Positions 39,573 through 48,555 of a stretch of DNA of 64,000 nucleotides are shown piece after piece. The DNA is from Escherichia phage UGJNEcP3, in the sequence record OV876907; one strand, written 5' to 3'. The notes under the pieces are model-generated. The model was not told where the DNA came from. It saw only the letters and a program-made list of their open reading frames with translations, and ran no database searches. The stretch's first letter is position 1, and every line of letters starts with the position of its first letter. Position numbers and translations under genes: made by a program.

Positions 39573-40007
39573 TCAATCTCGCTTCATGAAGGCATTAAAA
39601 ATCTGGTCGTCAACTGAATATACAGGGGTTTCCAGAATTTTCAACAGGCTGTTTTTGATGTACTTGCTAGGGATATCCATATTAACGCAGTCGTTCAATT
39701 CGTTGTTAGGGATGATGTCTTTAAATTCAAACCCTTCAAACTCAACCTTGTCAGGAATACCATCAGCGAAAAAATAAACCAATTGGTGCATTGTATTGCA
39801 TGAAAATAATTTAGACTTCACTGCAATAAGTTCTTGCCAATGGTTTAATTCTCTATTAAGAAGTTTATGGGCAAATACAATCCTATCATCACTATCAACA
39901 ATAAAATAGCCCAGGTATTGATGGTCATCGTTCCAATACATCCTGTATGCCTGGGCATTTGGATTTTTACAACGAAGTTTTTTGATAACCAAATTTCTGT
40001 TAATCAT
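39573..40007 (-). CDS. hypothetical protein, member of paralog pair
   Basis: 144 aa from ATG 40005-40007 (AGGTGA SD, right after sp stop); C-terminus YSVDDQIFNAFMKRD. Confidence 0.6.
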   Translation of the reverse strand: MINRNLVIKKLRCKNPNAQAYRMYWNDDHQYLGYFIVDSDDRIVFAHKLLNRELNHWQELIAVKSKLFSCNTMHQLVYFFADGIPDKVEFEGFEFKDIIPNNELNDCVNMDIPSKYIKNSLLKILETPVYSVDDQIFNAFMKRD

Positions 40008-40008
40008 T

Positions 40009-40302
40009 TTATTCACCTGTAACTTCTTTAACGATATTTTTGTTATCGAAATTAGCATCGCAGTACAGAACATAGTTATACTGCATAACACCACCTGAAG
40101 CTAATTGGTCTGACACTTCTTTAGCCATATCAGGGCGGTCACGTTTAGTGATGTTCATGATATCAGCATAAATCTGATGTTCGACTGATTCTTGGTCTGC
40201 AGTCATAGACCATTCACAAAGGTCTTTATCCAATCCGGCTGTAACTGGAGCTGTACCACATGATGCTACTGTAAGGATTGCTGCGATTAATAACTTTTTC
40301 AT
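40009..40302 (-). CDS. sp: Spackle-like secreted protein with lipobox-like signal peptide
   Basis: 97 aa from ATG 40300-40302 (GAGGAG SD); MKKLLIAAILTVASCG signal; size and position as T4 sp. Confidence 0.65.
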   Translation of the reverse strand: MKKLLIAAILTVASCGTAPVTAGLDKDLCEWSMTADQESVEHQIYADIMNITKRDRPDMAKEVSDQLASGGVMQYNYVLYCDANFDNKNIVKEVTGE

Positions 40303-40323
40303 TTGAATCTCCTCGTTAGTTGA

Positions 40324-40363
40324 TAGGTCTATAGTATCACTACCATAGACCGTTGTAAACACT
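40324..40363 (-). promoter_or_regulatory. early promoter for sp
   Basis: GTTTAC(40355-40360), 18 bp, gTGaTACTAT, AGACCTATCAACTAACGAGGAG. Confidence 0.55.
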
Positions 40364-40659
40364 TATTTTACTTTAGAGTAATCCAAAGTTACTAACTGTG
40401 GTTCCATTGCCAGCCGACGCTGACGACGGAGAACCTCACCACCAACATAAGCTCGAAAAGCTTTTTTGCACTGGCGAATCTGACGCTTAGTAGGGCGAAC
40501 AGTAAATTCGTAGAACTCTACAAAATCCATTTCGCCTTTAGTTTCCTGAGAAAGGACAAGTTCCCAACGACTATTAATACGGTCTACATAAAACTTGTGC
40601 TTACCAAAAGACCGGTCCCAAAAGCCACTTTTAACAGGTTTCATAATTTGAATATTCAT
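40363..40659 (-). CDS. hypothetical basic protein with RPTKRQ motif
   Basis: 98 aa; VRPTKRQIRQCKKAFR. Confidence 0.6.
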   Translation of the reverse strand: MNIQIMKPVKSGFWDRSFGKHKFYVDRINSRWELVLSQETKGEMDFVEFYEFTVRPTKRQIRQCKKAFRAYVGGEVLRRQRRLAMEPQLVTLDYSKVK

Positions 40660-40800
40660 TTATTCCTCACCTTCATGTTTGTGAGCAAATTCTTCGTATT
40701 CGCTGTCGCAGTCTAAACAGGTAGCGTTGTCCCAAGCATCAAATACTGCCTGGTCTTCACATACTGAACAACCACATACTACACATTCAACTTCTTCCAT
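40660..40800 (-). CDS. Cys-rich 46-aa micro-protein (zinc-ribbon-like)
   Basis: MEEVECVVCGCSVCEDQ...CLDCDSEYEE; stop adjacent to next ATG (TAAATG); not in ORF track. Confidence 0.45.
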   Translation of the reverse strand: MEEVECVVCGCSVCEDQAVFDAWDNATCLDCDSEYEEFAHKHEGEE

Positions 40801-41007
40801 TTAGATTTCCTCAATGCGGGCATCATATTCAAAAACTTTATTGTCATTAACAAAGGCTTTCACCAGTGCATTATTCACTTCTGCATACTGCACTGTAACC
40901 CATTCAATCATTTTTTGGTCACTAACATCCAGCGCAGTTTCTTTGGTAAACATATTACCATTTTCAAACCAACCAATAAACACTACGATCTCTTTTAATT
41001 TCCACAT
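40801..41007 (-). CDS. dmd: Dmd-like antitoxin
   Basis: 68 aa; GWFENGNMFTKE...VQYAEVNNALVKAF resembles T4 Dmd (memory); position near gene 41. Confidence 0.65.
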   Translation of the reverse strand: MWKLKEIVVFIGWFENGNMFTKETALDVSDQKMIEWVTVQYAEVNNALVKAFVNDNKVFEYDARIEEI

Positions 41008-41337
41008 TTAGATTTCCTCACAGAAGGCCCATTCAGCATGATAAACCGTAGCGCCTTTAGTATCATTTAAACAAACCACATCTACCGGAGCAATTACACG
41101 ATAAAGACGGGGTTCTCCTCCCACTGAACGAGCTGCTCGTCCAGCATAAATCTTAGCCAAACCGATATCTTCAGTAAAGAACACACGATTTAGGTTTTTC
41201 TTACGACCGGTTTCAGACAGAACTCCTGTTTCCTCGGGAGGACAAAGCATATTACCGATATTAGCAACACTGCAACTTCCGTGATAATACACTTTATATT
41301 CTGTTTTACAGTCGATGGTTTTCATTTTGTTCTCCAA
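41008..41337 (-). CDS. hypothetical protein (109 aa), extra relative to T4 order
   Basis: lies between dmd and 41; motifs YYHGS, NRVFFTED, VYHAEW. Confidence 0.6.
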   Translation of the reverse strand: MENKMKTIDCKTEYKVYYHGSCSVANIGNMLCPPEETGVLSETGRKKNLNRVFFTEDIGLAKIYAGRAARSVGGEPRLYRVIAPVDVVCLNDTKGATVYHAEWAFCEEI

Positions 41338-41342
41338 GTTGA

Positions 41343-41381
41343 TAGGTCTATAGTATCATGCCTATAGGAGATGTAAACCCT
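41343..41381 (-). promoter_or_regulatory. early promoter
   Basis: GTTTAC(41373-41378), 17 bp, caTGaTACTAT, AGACCTATCAACTTGGAG. Confidence 0.55.
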
Positions 41382-41387
41382 TAAAAC

Positions 41388-41408
41388 AAAAAAAGGAGCC
41401 GAAGCTCC
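41388..41408 (-). terminator. intrinsic terminator after gene 41
   Basis: minus-sense GGAGC-UUCG-GCUCC hairpin followed by TTTTTTT. Confidence 0.65.
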
Positions 41409-42848
41409 TTAAAATTTGATAGATGCTGCTAAATCGTCCAAATCACTTCTATTAACACGCGTCTGTCGATTGACCTCGGCTTGTCGATTCATCTCACCTG
41501 TAGCCTCACGAACGGTGTTCACTGGACCCGGGTTGGAATCGTCTTCAACTTCATACCAACGTTGATTTCCTTTCTTAACACCAATCTTAAATTTGTTGTA
41601 GTAGCTCTTATCGCCATAACGAGATTTAAGCTGCTTAACCATCTGCATACCCATCTGGGCAAACTCTTCTGTCTCGACCACACCTAACATGAAGTCTGCA
41701 GTATGTGCAATACCAAAGGATTCAGCAATATCGGCCATATCGATTTCGGCTGCAACGTTCGCACCACGAGTAGTCTGGGCTGCAGTCCACAACAATAATT
41801 TCTTCTCTACTGCAAGTCCACGTAGTTCTTCGGCAACCATCTTAATCAATCCGTAACTGTTTTCAGAGAAAACTTTCGTACGAGACGATGCACAGATGGC
41901 CAAGTAGTCGACGATAACGACCTGTGGGACAAAGTTTTGTTTGAGCTTATATTCGTTTAATAATGCACGGAATGTATCGGCATTCGCACCACCAGTAGGA
42001 TACTGTTTAATCTTTAAACGACCTAAGGTAGCAGTTGAACGCCATTTATCCATCTTAGCTTTATATTCAGGCCATGAGACGTGACCATCATCGATATCGT
42101 CCAGTGACACGTCCAGAAGGTTGGCATCGATACGCTTAGCACATACTTCCTCTGCCATCTCCATGGAGATATAAAGAACATCGTATCCGGATTGAAGGTA
42201 ATCAGCAGCCAATGAACAAAGACCAAGAGACTTACCTACGTTTGTTCCTGCCAACAATACGTTTTCAGTACCAAACTCGGCACCACCCTTGGTAATCTTA
42301 TTCAGAATATTAAGACGGAATGGAACCTTACGTGCTTTATCGGAATAACTTTTGAATCGTTCTTCATAGTCATCCATCCAGTCATGACCTAATTCAGAAT
42401 CGAAACAAATCGATAATGCATCACGCATGATATCCGGAATAGCACCAATACCTGGAAGTTTTCTATTTTGTTGCTCAACCGGAAGGTCGGCATTAGTTTG
42501 GATTTCAATGATTTTTGAAGTTGCATTATACATCGCTGCTTTCTGAACGTATTTCTCCGTCTCTTTAACCAACCATTCTTGGTCTTCAGGTCCGGCATTC
42601 AGCGAACTTAAAAGCTCTTTAGCGCCTTGGTGTTCAACTTCTGAAAGCGTACTGTTATCTAACGCAATACTCAATGCATTCTTAGAAGGCACTGCATTAT
42701 ATTCATTGACATGTTTTTTAATTTCTTTGAAAAGGGTCTTTGCAGGACCCTGGTCAAAATATGAATCATTCATATAAGGCCAAACCTTAGTGAAATAATC
42801 ACTATTGCCTAGCAGTTGAGCCAAAATAGTTTCTACCACTTCCACCAC
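41409..42848 (-). CDS. 41: replicative DnaB-like helicase gp41
   Basis: 479 aa; Walker A GTNVGKS, RecA-like core; T4 gp41 size and position. Confidence 0.9.
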   Translation of the reverse strand: MVEVVETILAQLLGNSDYFTKVWPYMNDSYFDQGPAKTLFKEIKKHVNEYNAVPSKNALSIALDNSTLSEVEHQGAKELLSSLNAGPEDQEWLVKETEKYVQKAAMYNATSKIIEIQTNADLPVEQQNRKLPGIGAIPDIMRDALSICFDSELGHDWMDDYEERFKSYSDKARKVPFRLNILNKITKGGAEFGTENVLLAGTNVGKSLGLCSLAADYLQSGYDVLYISMEMAEEVCAKRIDANLLDVSLDDIDDGHVSWPEYKAKMDKWRSTATLGRLKIKQYPTGGANADTFRALLNEYKLKQNFVPQVVIVDYLAICASSRTKVFSENSYGLIKMVAEELRGLAVEKKLLLWTAAQTTRGANVAAEIDMADIAESFGIAHTADFMLGVVETEEFAQMGMQMVKQLKSRYGDKSYYNKFKIGVKKGNQRWYEVEDDSNPGPVNTVREATGEMNRQAEVNRQTRVNRSDLDDLAASIKF

Positions 42849-43162
42849 CTCTTAGATTTAATTTTATCCAGTTCTTCTTGTATTTGCATTGTAACACATT
42901 TTTCTACATGAAGCGCTAGCTCTTCTTTTCGGTCTTCGGAAGGTGTTCCGAAATCAACCGACACTTTTCCATCTTTCTCAATAACAATATTCATCACATA
43001 AACGATGTGAGCAGTGCCATCGGGTAAAGTAAGCATAATTTCCTGCTTAACAGAACCCATTGACTTACGGATTATATCTAATGATTTCTCATAATAACGA
43101 GGGTCACTAGGACCCTCTTCGGTATCTTTAACAAAATTATCTAAATCAGATAAATCAGTCAT
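42833..43162 (-). CDS. 40: gp40-position protein (head vertex assembly chaperone in T4)
   Basis: 109 aa between 41 and uvsX as T4 gene 40; not sequence-verified. Confidence 0.55.
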   Translation of the reverse strand: MTDLSDLDNFVKDTEEGPSDPRYYEKSLDIIRKSMGSVKQEIMLTLPDGTAHIVYVMNIVIEKDGKVSVDFGTPSEDRKEELALHVEKCVTMQIQEELDKIKSKRWWKW

Positions 43163-44327
43163 CTAAATCCATCTCTTCTAAATCGTTTTCGATATCAGCA
43201 GCGCTTTGGGTATTTCCACCTAATTTAACAGCAACGTTCTTAGAGACGCGAGAGTTAATAAGGTCGTTAACCGCATCGTCAACTTCTTTAATAGAATTAA
43301 TTGCACCGAGCTTATACTTATTCTCGATTGCTTCACGGAACGGAGCATGTTTAAACAGCGGTCCCCAGAACTCAACGCAATCGGTAGCTTTAGCACGCCA
43401 TGCTTTTTCTTCTTGAACCATTTCACCTGTGGTTTCGTCAAGGAATGCACGATTATACCAGCCAGCTTTAGGTTTCACGACAAAGCCGATATCAGTAGCC
43501 ATTTCAAGCAATCCACTGAATGGGTCGATACCACCTTCGAAGTTAACGGTGATAGGGAACGTTGATTTCTCTTTAACCGTACGAGATTTCTCGGCCTTCA
43601 GTGTGAAGTCATAACCTGTGAGCTCGGTACCATCTTTAACCTGACGTTTAGAGATAAAGAATACGGTAGAAGCAGAGTACAGAATACCAGTACCACCACC
43701 CATAATCTCTTTAGGATACATTCCACCAATTTCCATAGCCGTGTGGTTAATTGCTACACAAGGAATATCCTTGATGGTCAGATAAGGCGTTACGATACGG
43801 AACAGAGATTTCAGTGACTTAGCACGAGTCATATCACCTACAACTTTCTCGTTCAAAGCATCTTCGGTTTCTTTCTTAGAAGCAGTGTTACCAATAGAGT
43901 CGATAAAGATAATAACCTTTTCGCCACGAGTAATTTCTTCTAACTGGTTGGTCATATCAACTTTAAGCTGTTCGACTGACTGGATTGGGGTATGAACCAC
44001 ACGTTCCAAATCAACACCCATCGAACGGAAATAAGATTCTGAAGCACCAAACTCAGAGTCATAGAACAAACAAATTGCGTCTGGATATTTCTTCATATAT
44101 GCCGCAACCATGGTAAGTCCAAACAACGTTTTAAAGTGCTTAGATGGAGCAGCAAAGATTGTCAAACCTGATTGTAAGCCTGCATTCAACGCACCACCCA
44201 ATGCAATATTCAGCATAGGGATACGAGTAGGAACTTCGTCACGACCATTAAACAATTTAGATTTGGTCAGGTCGGCAGTCATTTTAGAAGTAGAAGCTTT
44301 AATCAAACGGGATTTTAAATCAGACAT
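43155..44327 (-). CDS. uvsX: UvsX recombinase (RecA/Rad51 family)
   Basis: 390 aa; near-collinear with T4 UvsX as recalled (MSDLKSRLIKASTSK..., YDSEFG, EKSRTVKEKS, WGPLFKH). Confidence 0.92.
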   Translation of the reverse strand: MSDLKSRLIKASTSKMTADLTKSKLFNGRDEVPTRIPMLNIALGGALNAGLQSGLTIFAAPSKHFKTLFGLTMVAAYMKKYPDAICLFYDSEFGASESYFRSMGVDLERVVHTPIQSVEQLKVDMTNQLEEITRGEKVIIFIDSIGNTASKKETEDALNEKVVGDMTRAKSLKSLFRIVTPYLTIKDIPCVAINHTAMEIGGMYPKEIMGGGTGILYSASTVFFISKRQVKDGTELTGYDFTLKAEKSRTVKEKSTFPITVNFEGGIDPFSGLLEMATDIGFVVKPKAGWYNRAFLDETTGEMVQEEKAWRAKATDCVEFWGPLFKHAPFREAIENKYKLGAINSIKEVDDAVNDLINSRVSKNVAVKLGGNTQSAADIENDLEEMDLDD

Positions 44328-44365
44328 TATATTTTTCCATAGGCATCATTATATTTTACTCACGT

Positions 44366-44400
44366 TTTAAGATAGGGTAATTATATCACTTCACATTTAC
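44366..44400 (-). promoter_or_regulatory. promoter-like element upstream of uvsX
   Basis: minus-sense gTGaTATAAT then TACCCTATCTTAAAAC box; no canonical GTTTAC -35. Confidence 0.4.
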
Positions 44401-44404
44401 AGCG

Positions 44405-45298
44405 TTAAAGGACCACGTCCTCATAACTTGGCATTTCGTGCTCAGAATGGATATGGGCACCGAAATAAATGAATTCAGCTAGACCAGGATGGAATACTAA
44501 ACCAGGATTCTCGTGATAAATGATATGAGGTCTTGATTTCAGAATCTGATAATATTCAACCTTACTAGGTTTGAATTTAATAATCTCTACATCAGGACGA
44601 TAGTCTTCACGTTTAAATGAATCATTCGGGTCGGTGATATAAAGGCGAGAACCTTCAGCTGCAGCTTGGTCTACAACTCTTTCGAATTGATAACATTTAT
44701 CAGAGATACGGAATGGATGGAAAATACCATCAATTTTAATAGGCGCTAGACCTTCAGAGTAACGCTCAATTACTGCGGGATTAATTACCTTTTGGTCTAC
44801 AAAAATCTTATCAGAGGACGCACCTCGTGACACCAGGACGTCTTTCTGGCATTGATTCAGGACTGTAGTATAAATCGAACGTTCAACTGAGGACACGTCG
44901 GTATCAATAAACTCGTCGATATAATAACGAGGAACTTCAGGGTCCATTGTAATGTTAAAGTTGAATTGTACAGTCTGAGTGCCATCATAACCTGTGATAT
45001 CGGTTACTAATCCTGAGCAGTCATAGTATTCGATTAACGAATCAACAACGAACTCGTTTTCAGACCAAAAATGTTTACGAGTTTCATAAGCATTTTCTTT
45101 ATACCAAAGCGGTACAAAATTCAGTTCAGGAAATAATTCAATGCATTCTTTGATATCGCTCGAATTTCTAGGATAAGCCAGATAATCACCTGGGCAAGCA
45201 CGGTTTAAATGGAGTTGAAAATTACCGTCCTTAAGGACGGCATATTCACCTGTTTCGTAACTACGCATACTGAAAATAGGAACGATAAACAGACTCAT
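44405..45298 (-). CDS. hypothetical 297-aa protein in the beta-glucosyltransferase locus (candidate DNA sugar transferase)
   Basis: occupies T4 beta-gt position between uvsX and 42-like gene; sequence does not resemble T4 beta-gt; no motif recognised. Confidence 0.6.
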   Translation of the reverse strand: MSLFIVPIFSMRSYETGEYAVLKDGNFQLHLNRACPGDYLAYPRNSSDIKECIELFPELNFVPLWYKENAYETRKHFWSENEFVVDSLIEYYDCSGLVTDITGYDGTQTVQFNFNITMDPEVPRYYIDEFIDTDVSSVERSIYTTVLNQCQKDVLVSRGASSDKIFVDQKVINPAVIERYSEGLAPIKIDGIFHPFRISDKCYQFERVVDQAAAEGSRLYITDPNDSFKREDYRPDVEIIKFKPSKVEYYQILKSRPHIIYHENPGLVFHPGLAEFIYFGAHIHSEHEMPSYEDVVL

Positions 45299-45993
45299 TT
45301 CAGGAATCCTCGAACATAGTCAAAATCACGTTCAAATACATGTGCACTAACCATAGTATGGGAATACGTACCCAGACCAACACCACACTGTTCAGCAATA
45401 AAGGCCATCAGTTTACCCTGCAGATAGAAATCCAGCTGCATAACGATAGCACAGTTCTGTGAACGCATATGAGTGTGTGCATACAGACGTCCATCACGAA
45501 TATAATATGTCACCGAATCGGTACAAGGATATTCTAAGGATTCGTCAGAATCAAGGAGGGCTTGGTCTTGTTCTTGGAGAATCTGGAACACAACTCTTCT
45601 TGAGTTAGGCTTCTCTTTAAGCTCTTTAAGTAAGGCTGGGAGTTGGGCCACAATTCGAGGTCCATAGAAAGTGTTGAAGTTTGCAGGCAATACGTCACTT
45701 TTCGGCTTATCAATGAACTTAGCAACATTAGGGTATTCCTTAAATGCTTCGGCGGCGTCAGTACCACCGGAAATCATAAACTTCCAGAAAGATTCGGCAT
45801 AATCATAGTTGATACGATTAATACGAGGGTCGGTGAATTTATAGGTGCTTGCATCCAGAACTTCAACTGAAGCCGAACCAATTTCATAACAACGACCGAT
45901 ACGAGAATCAACTGCAAACTGTGGAGCTTCCAGGATTTCTTCGTTCATTTGTTTAAATGCATTTTCAAAACTAACAGCGGTAATGTGTTTCAT
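45295..45993 (-). CDS. 42: thymidylate-synthase-family pyrimidine hydroxymethylase (gene 42-like)
   Basis: 232 aa; SRR arginine motif, catalytic-Cys block YPCTDSVTYYIRD, MRSQN...LD with Asp at the gp42 cytosine-specificity position, C-terminal SAHVF. Confidence 0.65.
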   Translation of the reverse strand: MKHITAVSFENAFKQMNEEILEAPQFAVDSRIGRCYEIGSASVEVLDASTYKFTDPRINRINYDYAESFWKFMISGGTDAAEAFKEYPNVAKFIDKPKSDVLPANFNTFYGPRIVAQLPALLKELKEKPNSRRVVFQILQEQDQALLDSDESLEYPCTDSVTYYIRDGRLYAHTHMRSQNCAIVMQLDFYLQGKLMAFIAEQCGVGLGTYSHTMVSAHVFERDFDYVRGFLK

Positions 45994-46526
45994 TTATTCA
46001 CCTCATAATTAATGTATTCATTAAGACGTTTTAATTCTACCATATCGACGTTAAGCAAGTTATTATGGCCGTCGTGATTTAAGATTTTAAACACGTTTTC
46101 AAAACATGTTTCATATTGGCGGATAGTTAGGTTGAACTCATCTTTAGTCAGTTTAATGAGGTCATCTTCAAAGTCTTTATCCAACGGATTACGGGTTAAA
46201 ATAACCTCAATGATATTGAATTCTTTTTTGAAATCAATCCAATCTGCTAGTTCTACATAAGGGTCCATTTCACCACGAAGGAATCCCGAGTAAACAATAT
46301 TACTAGGATAACCACGGTCTAGGATGTAAACGAAATTAGGGTCTAAAAACTTATACAACGTCTCGACTAAAGCCTTGTCATTATCAGTTCCTAACGAAAT
46401 ACATTTACCATTAATCTTTTTAGGAAAATCAATAAGACGATATTTCTTATCAGATAAAAGGGTTTCGATTAAAGTAGACTTCCCGGAATTATCCGGGCCG
46501 TCTATAACAATGATTTTTGGATTCAT
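45990..46526 (-). CDS. P-loop nucleotide/nucleoside kinase
   Basis: 178 aa; Walker A IVIDGPDNSGKSTL at N-terminus (dNK/TMK-like); unlike T4 gp1. Confidence 0.65.
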   Translation of the reverse strand: MNPKIIVIDGPDNSGKSTLIETLLSDKKYRLIDFPKKINGKCISLGTDNDKALVETLYKFLDPNFVYILDRGYPSNIVYSGFLRGEMDPYVELADWIDFKKEFNIIEVILTRNPLDKDFEDDLIKLTKDEFNLTIRQYETCFENVFKILNHDGHNNLLNVDMVELKRLNEYINYEVNK

Positions 46527-46897
46527 GGATGATAGGCCTTATAACTATCAAGAGTTCCTTCGCGAACCATTTCTTTAAAGTGGTCAGGACGAATTGCTCG
46601 GTCATCGATGATAAAAGTATAACTCGGCTTGTGTGTAAGCAAATTGTGATATTTCAATCCAATTTTTTCAAGGTTCTTAACCAATGCAGGAACTACTTCA
46701 ACCAAGATTCGGCCTGGGCCGCATGAAGTCATACCACGGGCAGTGAACAATGTAATCTCATGACCTTCATCGTACAGCTTATTAATCATGGACACCATTT
46801 CGGTGTCCGGTTTAAAGTTTTCATAATCACGGTCATCTTGCCAGTGAGTAATGGTATTATCGATGTCAAAGCACAAATGCATTAAATTTTCTTCCAT
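46523..46897 (-). CDS. HAD-superfamily phosphatase
   Basis: 124 aa; motif I FDIDNTIT (DxDxT), motif II TARG. Confidence 0.65.
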   Translation of the reverse strand: MEENLMHLCFDIDNTITHWQDDRDYENFKPDTEMVSMINKLYDEGHEITLFTARGMTSCGPGRILVEVVPALVKNLEKIGLKYHNLLTHKPSYTFIIDDRAIRPDHFKEMVREGTLDSYKAYHP

Positions 46898-48555
46898 TGT
46901 TTGTGGAGTTCAGTAGAACCTGTAGGTTTATATTTTACACCAGTTTCCTGGTCAAGCAAAACCCACTTATCAGGGCATCGAGTGATAATTTGGGCCGTAA
47001 TAGGGTCACGAACTTCATCGACAAATTCACCTGTAATAAGCTTACGCTTACGAGGATGCCGCTTCAGCAGCACACTCAGTTGATATAGACCGTTGTAATA
47101 AGCGCCCAGAGCTTTCAGAGGGTTATTTTTAAAGTAACCTGCCAACGCCATCCAGATAACAGCAATCCAGAGCTTGTGCTTAAATGTACACATTGGAATA
47201 TCATCTAAAGGCATAACCTTTTCAATATCAACGAATACTCGAGTTCCATTACGAGTTAAGCCACCCCATAGAGGGTCAGAGTTAAATTTGTCATAACCAT
47301 CGATAGAATAAAGCACCTTAGCTTCATCATAAATCGCAGGGCCTTTAGAACTATTACCAAAATAACCGCGTGGGTCGATGATTTTAATATCACCTTCGTC
47401 CGACAGCATAATATTACTGTAGTGCGGGTCGCCGTGAATAAGTTGGTACGGTTCTTTATGTTCAGACAGAATTTCTAGTGCATGACGAAGAAGTTTTTCT
47501 GGGTCGCCTACCTTAAAGTCATTGACATGGGTAATGCCCTGTGGAGCAAAGCCTTCAATCAATCCAGCAATAGAAGCATTACGAATAAGGACCTTGTCCA
47601 ATACTTCTTTCTTAACATCGGAATACCATTGCTCATCGGATGGATTATCGATAGTTCCACCAAATGAACGTAATGCACTAATGACCTTATAAACCATGAG
47701 GACTTTAGTTTCTTTAGACATAAACCGATAGGCATCTGCCATGGTGCGACCAAAGATACGTTCCATTTTAATGAATTCACCTGGAGCAAAGTCTACAATG
47801 CTCGGAACAAATTCAGAATCAATAGAATTATACCAATTGATTTCTTTAGATTGGATTTCTTTACCTAATTCGTTGGTAGGTACTTTAATAGCCAGATTCT
47901 CAGTGAACTCTAATTTATTAAATTCACGGTTAATTTCAGAATCTTCATGGGCCTTAGCCAGTTTCAATTTGTCACCGACATCAACTACAAAGTCCAGCTT
48001 ACGTTCGGTCAAATGGACCATCGAATCTAGGTTATCAGCAAGGTCTTCGCCATAATTAGAACGGTTGAAGCCTGTCCAATTAGCCACCTGATACAAACCA
48101 ACCACACCACCGCCAGTACCAATTTCACGCAAGTACGGTTCTTCAAATGTAAAACGACAGTCAGTCCCGTAGGTATAGCAATAGTCGTTATCCCACTCAA
48201 CTTTATGACCCTCAGGAATGATGTCACACCAGTTAAACAAGACGTTATGGCCAATGATATCTTCAGCAATGCAATCGATAGCATGAGCTGAACCATTAGC
48301 CACATCTACGTTACGAATAGTGAATTTAGGCTTATCACTATTAATCATGTTAATGGATTTAATATAGCCTTTAACGAGGTCGTTAAATTTGCTGTGAATA
48401 ACCAGAATAATTTCATCTGATTGGTTACTATACAAATCATACAAATGTTTTAATACAGTATGTTGTTTGTAGTTAACCAATACCTTCGGGATTTCGTTAG
48501 TAATTGGATACAACCGTGAGCCAAGACCCGCGCCTAAAATAACAACCTTTTTCAT
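46882..48555 (-). CDS. bifunctional sugar-1-phosphate nucleotidyltransferase / APH-fold kinase
   Basis: 557 aa from ATG 48553-48555 (GAGGAA SD); N-terminal ILGAGLGSRLYPIT..PKVLV (RmlA/GlmU-type); C-terminal LIHGDPHYSNIML + IIDPRGYFG (APH/ChoK-type). Confidence 0.75.
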   Translation of the reverse strand: MKKVVILGAGLGSRLYPITNEIPKVLVNYKQHTVLKHLYDLYSNQSDEIILVIHSKFNDLVKGYIKSINMINSDKPKFTIRNVDVANGSAHAIDCIAEDIIGHNVLFNWCDIIPEGHKVEWDNDYCYTYGTDCRFTFEEPYLREIGTGGGVVGLYQVANWTGFNRSNYGEDLADNLDSMVHLTERKLDFVVDVGDKLKLAKAHEDSEINREFNKLEFTENLAIKVPTNELGKEIQSKEINWYNSIDSEFVPSIVDFAPGEFIKMERIFGRTMADAYRFMSKETKVLMVYKVISALRSFGGTIDNPSDEQWYSDVKKEVLDKVLIRNASIAGLIEGFAPQGITHVNDFKVGDPEKLLRHALEILSEHKEPYQLIHGDPHYSNIMLSDEGDIKIIDPRGYFGNSSKGPAIYDEAKVLYSIDGYDKFNSDPLWGGLTRNGTRVFVDIEKVMPLDDIPMCTFKHKLWIAVIWMALAGYFKNNPLKALGAYYNGLYQLSVLLKRHPRKRKLITGEFVDEVRDPITAQIITRCPDKWVLLDQETGVKYKPTGSTELHKQWKKI

